Shown here one piece after another: positions 1-19,313 of a DNA stretch of 64,000 bases. The translations under genes and the position numbers were made by a program. A model generated the notes under the pieces. The model did no database searches and had not been told where the DNA came from. It saw only the letters and a program-made list of their open reading frames with translations. The stretch is from the human T2T-CHM13v2.0 reference genome, Homo sapiens: NCBI RefSeq assembly GCF_009914755.1, contig NC_060940.1. One strand, 5' to 3'. Position 1 is the stretch's first letter. The number at the start of each line of letters is the position of its first letter.

Positions 1-850
1 TGACAGAATGGAATGAGACTCTGTCTCAAAAAAAAAAAAAAAAAAAAAAGCAGCCCTAGATTTCGGTTGTGGTGGTTGTAAAAGGAGAGACCAAGTAAGT
101 GGGGGTTGAAGTCAGATTAGAGCAAAAGTGAATGGCAGAGAGTACTATAATGTCCATGAAGGGCTGCTAGAGTCACCGTGATCATAGCCCAAGCAGAGAT
201 AGGGAAAGGAAGATGTGAGCAGAGTTTGGGGTCTCGAACAATGGAGGTTATTCGTGCAGCCCAGGAAAGGCTCCCCAAAGCCAGGATCAACCTCCCTTGG
301 AGGCGGTCCCTCATGGAGGCATGGTCAGGCACCTTAGATTTGAGAACAGCTATGTTGCTGCTGACCAGCTGTGTGACCCTGGGCTGGTTTCCTTCCACAC
401 AATGGGAGTGCCAATGGCTGCATGCATGCAAAGACCGTCTGAGGATAGGAGGAAGCAATCTGTTGAGCACCCGTGTACCTGAGTGTCATCACCTCCCAAG
501 GGCATCCTTCGTTCCAGAGCTGGCGCCTTGGAAGGCCCTTGGTCACTGAAGGCAGTGATGATGGTAACAGCAGTAAATCATCATTTACGGCTGATGAGGG
601 AAGGCCAGGGGTAGGGCTCCTAGGTCCTGGATAAGAATGAGGGTCTGGGCACTCCTGGGGACAGCTGAGTGGTAGGACTCCTGGGTCCCCAGGGGGAAGG
701 TCCATCTTCAGTGGCATTGGGCCTAGGCTGGGATGCTGAGTTATCCACTGGAGCATCAGCAGTACAGGCAGGCACAGAGGCAGTGGATCCATCGGAGGTG
801 GCAGGTGTAGGATCGTCTGGTGAGCAAGTAGAGTCACCAAATCTGGCTGA

Positions 851-881
851 CCACTACCCCCACTACCCCCACTATCCCCAC
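851..881. repeat. short 9-bp tandem repeat (CCACTACCC)x~3
   Basis: ccactacccc cactaccccc actatcccca c seen directly. Confidence 0.8.
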
Positions 882-1368
882 AGACGATGCCCTGTCCCTT
901 GCCTCATGCTCCGGCAGGGTACAGGCTCGCACCTGGGGCCTCAAGGAGCATCTCTCTAAGACCTCTGTGTCCTGGTCATTGAATGGGCACTTGAGTCACC
1001 CAGGGCCATTGGAACAAAGAGGAAGAATCAGGCCCCACGATGTTTTGGGAGAGTGTTTAGCACAGGAAAATGCGCAGAATACATGCACGACACGGGGGCA
1101 CTGTCAGTGTGGGAGCAATGGTTTACAACCTCCAGCCCTAATCTGAGCACTCTCACCTGTGCAATCTGAAAGGAACAGGAGACTTGCAGGAAAGACAGTG
1201 CCTGGATTTAACTTAAAGGAACTAAAAATGTTGGAATTTTTACTCTTGATATCCTTCCAAATCAACTCTCTCAATGTTCCCATCCTCAAAACTATCATAT
1301 GGGGTAACTGAGGCAGTCAGAGATTTACTGACTCAATGTCACTCAATTGATTCTGAGTTCACTGCTGA

Positions 1369-1455
1369 TTACATCCGACCAAACTGCTTTTTCTGAAGTC
1401 TACTCCGTTTAATCATGCTGGTGATGATTTTGTGCGGCTCTGGGACAAACTCCAC
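1369..1455 (-). pseudogene. ACSM1-like terminal coding exon remnant (open frame, native-position stop)
   Basis: Acceptor tcttcagccag| then VEFVPEPHKIITSMIKRSRLQKKQFGRM*TAA. Aligns without gaps to the recalled ACSM1 C-terminus [28 protein letters not shown]. Confidence 0.8.
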
Positions 1456-1574
1456 CTGGCTGAAGATAAAGCAAATCTGCGGTGACTTAGTCCTCCTGTC
1501 ATTTCCCATCAGTTCCCCACTCTCCTCCTCTGCCCCTCCACAGTCTCCCATGCAGGCTGACACCATATGACGGC

Positions 1575-1930
1575 CTTAATGGAGTCCACCGAGTATTTCA
1601 GGTTCTCTCCTGGGCCACTTGAAAGTGGATGTACCCATGGGATTTGCTTTGACCCAGGAGATGTGAGTGGAAGTGAAGCGTGTCACCTCGAGGCAAAAGA
1701 GTTGGGAGCCATTGAGACGGGCCACTCTCTCCTTCATCTCTTAGAGCAGCTGACAGCTCCCATATGGAGGCTGCTCCTTTATTCTCGTGGCAGGATGAGG
1801 GCATGTGGGGCACAGGGCACAGGAGAGCCATGGAGGATGTGCAGCATGGGCAGGAAAAGAGCCTTCAGTGGTGTACATTTCCATAGTTTGGGGCTGTTTC
1901 TTACCTACAGTGATACCTAGCCCATCCTAG
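1575..1930 (+). mobile_element. old MaLR LTR (MLT1-like)
   Basis: MLT1-type motifs (gatttgctttgaccca..gagatgtgagtggaagtga; 3' gtttggggctgtttcttac..cctagcccatcct); boundaries approximate. Confidence 0.55.
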
Positions 1931-1999
1931 CAGGCATGCACCATCTACTCCACACTCTGTGATGCAGACTAGCCTGCCGTCAGAACACGAACTGGTGGT

Positions 2000-2220
2000 C
2001 AGACACAGGTAGGTTTCAGTTCCAGCTCTGCCTCTTATTGACTGCAACCTCAGGCTTAACTTTCAGTCTCTGAGCCTCAGTTTCAACTCTGTAAAATGAG
2101 GTGGCTATACCATCTCAGGTTGCAGAGAGAATTAAATGAAATATAAGTGCATGTAGAGCATTGAACCCAGGGCCTGGCACACACAGTGAGTACACAATGT
2201 TAGCCAGGTAGCTTCATAAT
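2000..2220 (+). mobile_element. MIR SINE
   Basis: core ctctgagcctcagtttc..ctgtaaaatg..gcctggcacac. Confidence 0.65.
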
Positions 2221-2393
2221 GCATACTGATTGTCAATATTCAGACAATGCAGTAAAGTGTTACCAAAAATAAAAGTAAACTTATTTGCATATGTATTCTT
2301 TCAATCTTTATTTTTAAACAGGGTAAAACTATGCATATTCTTTCATAGCCAGTGTTTTTCTCTTCATAGTATATTGTTAAAATAATTTTACTT

Positions 2394-2677
2394 GGACCGG
2401 GTGCAGCGGCTCACACCTAAAGTCCCAGCACTTTGGGAGGCCGCGGTGGGCAGATCACGAGGTCAGGAGTTGACACGAGCCTGGCCAATATGGTGAAACC
2501 CCATCTCTACTAAGAATACAAAAATTAGCTGGGCATGGTGGCACACACCTGTAGTCCCAGCTACTCAGAGGCTGAGGCAGAGGAATTGCTTGAACCCGGG
2601 AGACGGAGGTTGCAGTGAGCCAAGATTGTGCCATTGCACTCCAGCCTGGGGGACAGAGTGAAACTCTGTCTCAAAAA

Positions 2678-2678
<1 letters not shown>
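2394..2678 (+). mobile_element. AluS
   Basis: full dimeric Alu consensus. Confidence 0.9.

Positions 2679-2682
<4 letters not shown>

Positions 2683-2728
<46 letters not shown>
2683..2728. repeat. (TG)23 microsatellite at Alu tail
   Basis: perfect TG run. Confidence 0.95.
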
Positions 2729-2731
<3 letters not shown>

Positions 2732-3012
2732 CTATATAAATCTCAAAAATAAAAGATCATTTTTGAGATTATCATTTTAAAAGACAAGATAATGTTCAAC
2801 TTAATGACTAATTTAATTATTACTATTGGACTTTTTGTAGACTAAACAGAGCATTCAAAACAAATGAAGGAGAATAAAAAATATGTATTACATGTTGTAA
2901 AATAAATGTGATGTGGTTAACTCTTTTATTCAAAGTTATAGAACATATATATGTACTATAGAATGTATTTCTTATTATGAGTCATGTTAAAAAGTAGTTT
3001 AGAAGCTGTTGA

Positions 3013-3339
<327 letters not shown>

Positions 3340-3644
3340 TAAACTTGGCAAGATAATAAATCACCTTTTTAAGTGTCGTTGGGCACTTGTCTGGTTGTTT
3401 TTCTTTAGGTTACCATGCCAGCAATGATTCCTTTTGAGTTTCTGACAGAAGATAGTGGTTTTCATCCAAATAAGTCAACTACTCTACCCCATCCCTAAGC
3501 CACTTGTATGGAAAGAAAAAGAGGAAGAAGCCAGTACTGTGACTGCGTAAGCTTCCCCCAGCATCACCCGCTATGAGATGTGTGGCAGCTGAGACCCGGG
3601 AACTGCTCAAGGGCACCAGGCCCCATCTGTCTGCACTCACTCAC

Positions 3645-3764
3645 CTTCCTCAGGTACTCGCATGGGCATGTCACTGACTTTACATGCTGCTGCAGCTCCT
3701 TGGTGAGCTGGCCCTGGTCATGGGACAGGAACTGTGGGGTCAGGACAATAGAGAGCTTCACCAT
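3645..3764 (-). CDS. NPIPB: NPIPB family (nuclear pore complex-interacting protein, morpheus) first coding exon, 40 codons; remainder of gene left of window
   Basis: [40 protein letters not shown] matches the recalled N-terminus of NPIPB3/4/5/11/12/13. Phase-0 donor AAG|gtgagt at 3645/3644; candidate upstream acceptor ctaatag|GTTGG at 3802. Confidence 0.9.
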
Positions 3765-4682
3765 TTGCAGAATGAGAACAGGGGCTCATGATGAGTGCCA
3801 ACCTATTAGATAATTTTAAAAAAAAAGTGTTGAATGAGTGGAAAAACAAGGTGATGTTTGAGTCTATAGTGGTCAAGGGCTTCAGAAAAGGACAGAACCA
3901 AGTTCAAATTCCTGTACTTTGAATTTCTACTTCATGCCATGCAAAATTACTTTACCCCTTTTAACCTCAGTTTTCTTCTGTGTGAAACAGGAACAATAGT
4001 TTCATTCGTCATTCAGTTTCTCTCAAGGTTTCACGAGATCATACCTATAAAACATCCAAGTCATTTAAATGTATCATCATTTCTGTCATAATTAGTGGGA
4101 TCCATTTCACTATTATTGGATATACAGTTCTGTGCCTGAAACCTACAAAAAAAGAAAATGTTAAGTCTAAAAAGCATTAGTGATTTCTCATTTTTATATT
4201 ACTAATTATAACCCTATTTAATCACACAAGGCCTTGTCCGTGGCAGGTGCTCAATAAACACTTGTCGAATCAATGCATGTGGGCTCCGGAGCCACACTGT
4301 TTAGATTCTATTCTGCCTCCACCACTTATCAGCTGTGTGATCTGGGTAAGATAATTCACCTCTTTATGTCTGCACTTCCCTCTCCATAAACTATATATAA
4401 TGAGAATCCTTAGCTCATTCGGTTGTGGTGAGGGGTGAATGATTTGGCACACAGGAGGGGCTTGTTAACATTAGCTGTGATGATCTCCTTCCAAATCTTC
4501 ATTTTCAGAGCCACAGATGAGGCCACAGTGCAACCAGGTGACCTTAGAGTGTAAGTACACATGATCGCCAGCTATGCTCTATCTCCACCATAGGTCCAAG
4601 ACTGGGTAGTTCTGGCCTGGAGGTTTCTGCTACATCTGCCTTCTCAGTGTTCACCTAAGGACTTTTGTATTTTCCTCCTCGC

Positions 4683-4765
4683 ATCCCCACAGATGGGGTT
4701 CAGGCTGCCGGACACAGCTGGGTGATGCCAGGGCAGTGGTCACCTGTGCCAGCCCCGTGAGGTAG
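4683..4765 (-). pseudogene. degenerate ACSM1-like exon (third from last)
   Basis: ctccag|C TAC CTC ACG GGG CTG GCA CAG GTG ACC ACT GCC CTG GCA = YLTGLAQVTTALA, frameshift, HPAV..GSLNPICGD. Recalled ACSM1 reads YRIGPAEVESALVEHPAV..GSPDPIRGE; donor decayed (GAT|gcgagg). Confidence 0.65.
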
Positions 4766-5899
4766 CTGGAGGATCATTGTTCCTTCCTTCTCGGGCTCTG
4801 GGCAGATGCCAGGGCTGGGGTGACCCATGCCCTCAAGTTTCTTGCTTTGGTGGGCCACATTTTCCCTTGGCAAAGAGGGTAAAGGTCACAGGATGCCAGA
4901 GAGCTGTGACTTCTCTGTGCCCTGGGCCCAAACTATGAAGACCTGACACACTATGCTAAAAGTCCAAGGCTGGGTGCTCCCCAGAGCTTCTTGCCTCACC
5001 GCTTCTGCTGAGGGAGGAATGAATACTATGTCCTCCCAGAGCTTTGGGAGCTTGTAGCAAGCAGCCTCCCCAGCGCAAAATCTCTTGGAAACCTCTAACT
5101 GTGTCTGAAACATTAGTGCAAATGTTGCATCCTATTTCCCATATGTCCGCATGTTTTAGAAAAAAATCCTCAATTTCCTAAATATGCAAGAAAAATCGGT
5201 ATTGTAGGACAATGTGACTTTTTAAAAAATGTTATTTAAAAATCTTCCCCACCTCCTTTTCTGCCCTCCAAGACTGCCAAATACTTGTTGAACATATATT
5301 ATTAAATGCCTACTACATGCCAGCCATGATTCATGGTCTTGGGGACACAGCAGAGAACGAACTGACAGGACTCCTCTCTTATGTAACTCACATTCTTATA
5401 TGATAATGATAAGGGTTAACATTAATTAAGCTGTCACTGCATGTTAGTCACGGTGCAGTCATTCCCACACATTATTACACTTAAACCTGCCAGCAAGCTT
5501 GCAAGGTAGTTGTTTTTCCTTTAAAAACTGAGTCTCGGAATGATGAAGCACTCTGTCCAATGTCACACAGCTAGTAAGTGTGGAGACCTTGCATCCAATC
5601 AATGCCCGTCTCATTCTAAAGGCCATGTTATGTGTTCTCCAGCCCATGGAGAATAATTTTAACACAGTCAATGAAATTTCTACACAACAATGTTCTTGTC
5701 TCAAGTCCAAGAATGCCTCCTACACCTCCTATAATACTGGCTTTCTGGTGAGTAAAGATGCCATTCTCATGTGTAATCAGGTGGCAAATGGAGATATGAC
5801 CAAAGTAACCATCTGCCTACACTCATAACCCTGTACACACTCTTCCTGTGTCGATTCAATTCAAGTACCCCTTTTGATCACTTAGCAAATCTGACCTTT

Positions 5900-11523
<5,624 letters not shown>

Positions 11524-11928
11524 TTAAACTGGTTAATGCAGAAAGGAAGTCTGGAAATTCCAGTTTTAAAGTAAAATTTTGGACATTGTAGGATTGATTA
11601 TTTGGCATAGTTGTGATGTTTGTTCCTGCGTTATGGTTTTGTTGGCAGGGCAGCCTTTAAGGACCTGTATATTTTCTTCTAGACTCTATATATTCCCTGT
11701 GAGTATTAGTTGTATGGTCAAACTGGCAAATTTTACCATAGGTATAAATAATAGAGAATGTGGAAGAATAGTGAATAGTGTCAGAGATAGTTAAAAGTCC
11801 ATACAATAGTAGAGAAGGTAATAAGTAATAGTGGCTTGGACTAAATATTTGTTGAATAAATGTTTTAAAAAACAGGCTACCTACAATTTGTGTTGAAGAT
11901 ATGAATGAATGAAGTTTCCACACCTTTA

Positions 11929-12647
11929 TGTGGAGACCTGATAAGTAAGCAACAATAAGGAAGGGTCCCCAGGTTGGGGAGAGCCCCAAGTTGAGAACAA
12001 TAATGAACAATTATTGTATGAACAATTGTTAGAAACAGCTAATCACAAACAACCTGCGGGCACAATGACCTCATTCCACACGTAGCACCCTTCAGCAGGA
12101 CCCTATAAAACTTTCCTCCAGCCCTTGCCTCTTTGCAGGTAGCCCCTTCTCTGCTGAGCTGCCCACTGCAACATATTTTCACAATTTCTCTAATAAATCT
12201 GCCCTTCTTTACCTACAACTATCTTGGTAAATGGCTTTACCACCTGCAAAACTGACCCTAGGTTGTTGCTACCCGATATGGTTTGGCTGCATCCCCACCC
12301 AAATTTCATCTTGAATTGTAGTTCCCATAATCCCCATGTGTCGTGGGAGGGACCCGGTAGGAGGTAATCGAATCATGGGGGCAGGTTTTTCCCATACTGT
12401 TCTCGTGATAGTGAATACATCTCACTAAATCTGATGGTTTTATAAAGGGCAGTTTCCCTGCACGTGCTCTCTTGCCTGCTGCCATGGAAGACATACCTTT
12501 TTGCTCCTTGCCTTCCACCATGATTCTGAGGCCTCTCCAGCCTTGTGGAACTGTGAGTACATTAAACCTCTTTTTCTTTATAAATTACCCAGTTTCCAGT
12601 ATTTCTTCATAGCAGTATGAAAAGTAACTAATACACTACCCGAGACA
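11929..12647 (+). mobile_element. solo ERV LTR (family unresolved) interrupted by THE1
   Basis: TG..CA ends, TATA-like ctataaaa at ~12103, AATAAA at ~12192. Confidence 0.55.
12274..12635 (+). mobile_element. THE1 (MaLR) solo LTR
   Basis: gatatggtttggct..aaattacccagt..actaataca; 5-bp TSD CTACC at 12269-12273 and 12636-12640. Confidence 0.9.
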
Positions 12648-13042
12648 TCTTAGGAGATTTGTAATAGCTGTAATGCCAGGTCCACCATATTTTTAGCATA
12701 AAGCAAATGTTTACGCGTGATATGACTGCACGGGCTTTCTTTCAGCTGGAGCCATAGCAACTCAAGTAGTAACCCTATCTTAGTCTGATTAAAAGTAAAT
12801 ATTAGTCTGGGCATGGTGGGACATGCCTGTAATCCCAGTACTTTGGGAGGCTGAGACAGAAGGATTGCTTGAGCCCAGGAGTTTGAGACCAGCCTGGGCA
12901 ACATGGAAAAACACCATCTCTACAAAAAATACAAAAATTAGCTGAGCGTGGTGGCACACACCTGTAGTCCCAGCACCTTGGGAGGGTGAGGCAGGAGGAT
13001 CTCTTGAACCCGGGAGGTGGAAGCCGCAGTGGGCAATGATCA

Positions 13043-13902
<860 letters not shown>

Positions 13903-14383
13903 ATCATGCTACTGCACTCCAGCCTGGGCAACAGAGCAAGGCCCTGTCTCAAAAAAAAAAAAAAAAGGAACATGACTTAATACATTCATTTTGGAGGATA
14001 AGTCTCTCAAAATAGGCCTTTCACTGGGGGAAAATGGTAAAAATACTCCCTGGTAATTCAAGAATTGGAGACTCCTGAGATGCTGCTCATATTAGCTGAG
14101 CACTTATCAATACTTCACTTTTTTCCATATATACTCAAGGAACAAGTGCTATTTAAAGTGTTTCACTCCACTGGGCTAGGTGCAAGACTATAAAGAGGTG
14201 TGAGGATCAACACTTTTATGAAAACCAGTGTCATTCTGGATATAGTTTCAGATGCTAGTGCAAAGGAAGCTCTTGGTATACGGAAAAAGTATTCAACAAT
14301 AAATTAGGCATGGTTGCTTCCATTTTCTGCCTCACATACTTTTTTTTTCGTGGTTAAAGTGATACAATGTCTATGATATTTTA

Positions 14384-15034
<651 letters not shown>

Positions 15035-15065
15035 CTACAGTCCTCTATTAAGCAATGTGCCACAG

Positions 15066-15454
15066 CAGGGTCCCTGACCCCTGGGCCATGGACATGTACT
15101 GGTCTGTGGCCTGTTAGGAACTGGGCCACAGAGCAGGAGGTGAATGGTGGGTAACAATTGAAGCTTCGTCTGTATTTCTGGCTGCTCCCCATTGCTTGCA
15201 TTGCTGCCTGAGCTCTGCCTCCTGTCAGATCAGCAGCATCATTAGATTCTTACAGGAGCATGAACCCTGTTGTGAATTGCACACACGAGGGATCCAGGTT
15301 GCATATTCCTTATGAGAATCTAATTCCTGATGATTTGTGGTGGAACAGTTTCATCCCAAGACCATTACCATCCTGCGCCCCATCCCTTGCCGCCTGTGGA
15401 AAAATTGTCTTCCACAAAGCCGGTCCCTGGTGCCAAAAATGTTGGGGACTGCTG
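15066..15454. mobile_element. MER1 (hAT-Charlie) DNA transposon
   Basis: cagggtccc..ggcctgttaggaactgggcc..ggtccctggtgccaaaaatgttggggactgctg termini. Confidence 0.85.
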
Positions 15455-16095
15455 TGCTTTAGAATCTGCCATGAATCTGCAGCCTCTATTATATAGCTCC
15501 CTATAGACTTTGCTTCCTACCGTCTTACGTTCTGCCTTATAGGCATTTGACTTTGCAACCCTTGTTTTTGTTAGTATGCTACGCTGGTGACATTGACCAA
15601 ATTGACCACACATTAATTATAAGCTTAGTTGGTGATGACCTCAACGGAATAACGTGACATAAGTATTGTGACAATACTTCTTGCATGTATCTGCAGGTGG
15701 AATTGTAAACCTGGTGGTCCGAGATGGTCTAATTCCATCTTCCTATGTATCTCCTTATATTAATAGTGGTAACATTTGTGGTGGTGATTCAGCATTTCAA
15801 TGCCTCTTCTCATGGCAACAACAAACGTTTTCCTTCTGAATCAACATTAACCTAGATGTTACTGCGGATCAAAATTAGACTCTACATTTTCAACCACAGA
15901 AATACCGGGCAGTAAAAATTTTTCTTAATATTGATTGCCTACATAGGTTGTGTAATTAGCATATGTTTACAGTTCTATGATTTCTGCGTGGCTGCTACAG
16001 AGCTGGAGGGGGTAAAGCAACAGTATTTTCTCAGTTGTCCGAGCAGCATTACATTATAATAAATAGGTAATATTAAACTGGGCTGATGAGAGTTG

Positions 16096-17640
16096 CAAAA
16101 GACTACTTTAATGTTCATATGGAACCAAAAAAGAGCCCACATTGCCAAGACAATCCTAAGCCCAATGAACAAAGCTGGAGGCATCATGCTACCTGACTTC
16201 AAACTATACTACAAGGCTACAGTAACCAAAACAGCCTGGTACTGCTACCGAAACAGACATATAGACCAATGGAACAGAACAGAGCCCTCAGAAATAATAC
16301 CACACATCTACAACCATCTGATCTTTGACAAACCTGACAAAAACAAGAAATGCAGAAAGGATTCCCTACTTAATAAATAGTGCTGGGAAAACTGGCTAGC
16401 CCTATGTAGAAAGCTGAAACTGGATCCCTTCCTTACACCTTATACAAAAATTAATTCAAGATGGATTAAAGACTTAAATGTTAGACCTAAAGCCATAAAA
16501 ACCCTAGAAGAAAACCTAGGCAATACCATTCAGGACATAGGGATGGGCAAGGACTTCATGTCTAAAACACCAAAAGCAATGGCAACAGAAGCCAAAACTG
16601 ACAAATGGGATCTAATTAAACTAAAGAGCTTCTGCACAGCAAAAGAAACTAGGATCAGTGTGAACAGGCAACCTAGAGAATGGGAGAAAATTTTTGCCAT
16701 CTACTTATCTGACAAAAGGCTAATATCCAGAATCTACAAAGAACACCAACAAATTTACAAGAAAAAAAAACAAACCCCATCAAAAAGTGGGCAAAGCATA
16801 TGAACAGACACTTCTCAAAAGAAGACATTTATGCAGCCAACAGACACATGAAAAAATGCTCATCATCACTGGCCATCAGAGAAATGCAAATCAAAACCGC
16901 AATGAGATATCATCTCACACCAGTTAGAATGGCGATCATTAAAAAGTCAGGAAACAACAGGTGCTGGAGAGGATGTGGAGAAATAGGAACACTTTTACAC
17001 TGTTGGTAGGACTGTAAACTGGTTCAACCATTGTGGAAGACAGTGTGGCGATTCCTCAGGGATCTAGAACTAGAAATACCATTTGACCCAGCCATCCCAT
17101 TACTGGATACATACCCAAAGGATTATAAATCATGCTGCTATAAAGACACATGCACACATATGTTTATCGCGGCAATATTCACGATAGTGAAGACTTGGAA
17201 CCAACACAAATGTCCATCAATGATAGACTGGATTAAGAAAATGTGGCACAGATACACCATGGAGTACTATGCAGCCATAAAAAAGGATGAGTTCATGTCC
17301 TTTGTAGAGACATGGATGAAGCTGGAAACGATCACTCTCAGCAAACTATCACAAGGACAAAAAACCAAACACCGCATGTTCTCACTCACAGATGCGAATT
17401 GAACAATGAGAACACTTGGACACAGGAAGGGGAACATCACACACTGGGGCCTCTTGTGTGGTGGGGGAGGGGGAAGGGATAGCAGTAGGAGATACACCTA
17501 ATGTAAATGACGAGTTAATGGGTGCAGTACACCAACATGGCACATGTATACATATGTAACAAACCTGCACATTGTGTACATGTACCCTATAACTTAAAGT
17601 ATAATTTTAAAAAATAAGTAAATAAATAAATAAAAAAAGA
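16096..17640 (+). mobile_element. 5'-truncated L1PA (ORF2 C-terminal part with stops, 3'UTR, poly-A)
   Basis: ORF2 peptides [48 protein letters not shown]; G-rich 3'UTR; A-rich tail. Confidence 0.95.
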
Positions 17641-17669
17641 AACAATTGCTGGCTTTGCAATTCTCTTTC

Positions 17670-18227
17670 CTCCAAAATCGCCAAGGCCTCAATTTACTCA
17701 TTGCTGAAAAAGGACGACTCTGTATATTTTTAAATGAAGAGTGTTGTTTTTACCTAAATCAATCTGGCCTGGTATATGACAACATAAAAAAACTCAAGGA
17801 TAGAGTCCAAAAACTTGCCAACCAAGCAAATAATTATGCTGAACCCCCTTGGGCACTCTCTTAATTGGATGTCCTGGGTCCTCCCAATTCTTAGTCCTTT
17901 AATACCTGTTTTTCTCCTTCTCTTATTCGGACCGTGTGTCTTCTGTTTAGTTTCTCAATTCATACAAAACCGTATTCAGGCCATCACCAATAATTCTATA
18001 TGACAAATGCTCCTTCTAACAACCCCACAGTATCAGCCCTTACCCCAAAATCTTTCTTCAGTTGAATCTCTCCCACTGTAGGTTCCCAGGCCGCCCCTAA
18101 TCCCGCTCGAAGCAGCCCTGAGAAACATCGCCCATTATCTCTCCATATCACCCCCACAAATTTTCGCCACCCCAACACTTTACCACTATTTTGTTTTATT
18201 TTTCTTATTAACATAAGAAGACAGGAA
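17670..18227 (+). mobile_element. HERV-H env transmembrane-subunit remnant plus polypurine tract
   Basis: LQNRQGLNLLIAEKGRLCIFLNEECCFYLNQSG (immunosuppressive domain, CX6CC); frameshifted anchor WMSWVLPILSPLIPVFLLLLFGPC; PPT aagaagacaggaa before the LTR. Confidence 0.9.
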
Positions 18228-18687
18228 TGTCAGGCCTCTGAGTCCAAGCTAAGCCATCATATCCCAGTGACCTGCACGTATACATCCAGATGGCCTGAAG
18301 CAACTGAAGATCCACAGAAGTGAAAACAGCCTTAACTGAAGACATTCCACCATTGTCATTTGTTTCTGCCCCACCCTAACTGATCAATGTACTTTGTAAT
18401 CTGCCCCACTCTTAAGAAGGTTCTTTATCATCTCCCCCACCCTTAAGAAGTTTCTTTGTAATTCTCCTCACCCTTGACAATGTACTTTATGAGATCCACC
18501 TCCTGCCCCCAAAACACTGCTCTTAACTCCACCGCCTATCCCCAAACCTATAAGAACCAGTGATAATCACACCACCCTTTGCTGACTCCTTTTTTGGACT
18601 CAGCCCGCCTGCACCCAGGTGAAATAAACAGCCATGTTGCTCACACAAAGCATGTTTGGTGGTCTCTTCACACAGACACGTGAGACA
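18228..18687 (+). mobile_element. LTR7-family 3' LTR of HERV-H
   Basis: TGTCAGGCCTCTGAG start; cctataa TATA; gaaataaacagcc polyA signal; ggtggtctcttcacac end. Confidence 0.9.
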
Positions 18688-18857
18688 GGAGTTCGAGACC
18701 AGCCTGGCCAATCTGGTGAAACTCTATGTCTCTACTAAAAATACAAAAATTAGCTGGGCATGGTGGCGGGCACCTGTAATCCCAGCTACTCGGGAAGCTG
18801 AGGCACAAAAATTGCTTGAACCCAGGAGGCAGAGTTTGCAGTGAGCCAAGATCACAC

Positions 18858-19313
18858 TGTCAGGCCTCTGAGCCCAAGCCAAGCCATTGCATCCCCTGTG
18901 ACTTGCACGTATACATCCAGATGGCCTGAAGTAACTGAAGATCCACACAAGAAGTAAAAATAGCCTTAACTGATGACATTCCACCATTGTGATTTGTTTC
19001 TGCCCCACCCTAACTGTTCAATGTACTTTGTAATCTCCCCCACCCTTAAGAAGGTACTTTGTAATCTCCCCAACCCTTAAGAAGGTTCTTTGTAATTCTC
19101 CCCACCCTTGAGAATGTACTTTGTGAGATCCACCCCTGCCTGCAAACATGGCTCTTCACCCCCTATCCCAAAACCTGTAAGAACTAATGATAATCCACCA
19201 CCCTTTGCTGACTCTCTTTTCGGACTCAGCCCGCCTGCACCCAGGTGAAATAAACAGCCATGTTGCTCACACAAAGCCTGTTTAGTGGTCTCTTCACACG
19301 GACGCGCATGAAA
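18858..19313 (+). mobile_element. LTR7 solo LTR inserted inside an Alu
   Basis: TGTCAGGCCTCTGAGCCCAAG..GGACGCGCATGAAA; 5-bp TSD CACAC at 18853-18857 and 19314-19318; Alu continues on both sides. Confidence 0.92.

Noticed and set aside
334-840. 168-aa proline-rich minus-strand ORF with a hydrophobic stretch (PLCLPVLLMLQW)
   Set aside because: No recognisable homology, overlapping ORFs on both strands in a GC-rich patch and a non-ATG first codon; most likely chance. tblastn or PhyloCSF would settle it
3564-3644. ORF-track extension [26 protein letters not shown] after the NPIPB exon
   Set aside because: Read-through into the intron past a strong AAG|gtgagt donor
16093-17402. Active L1 ORF2
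   Set aside because: 5'-truncated (~1.5 kb) with stops and frameshifts
17646-18003. Domesticated syncytin-like env
   Set aside because: Only a TM fragment, frameshifted, with no signal peptide or SU and a mutated immunosuppressive motif
18228-19313. LTR pair of one internally deleted provirus
   Set aside because: The spacer is Alu, not viral sequence; the second LTR has its own TSD and the first is preceded by a PPT, marking it as a 3' LTR
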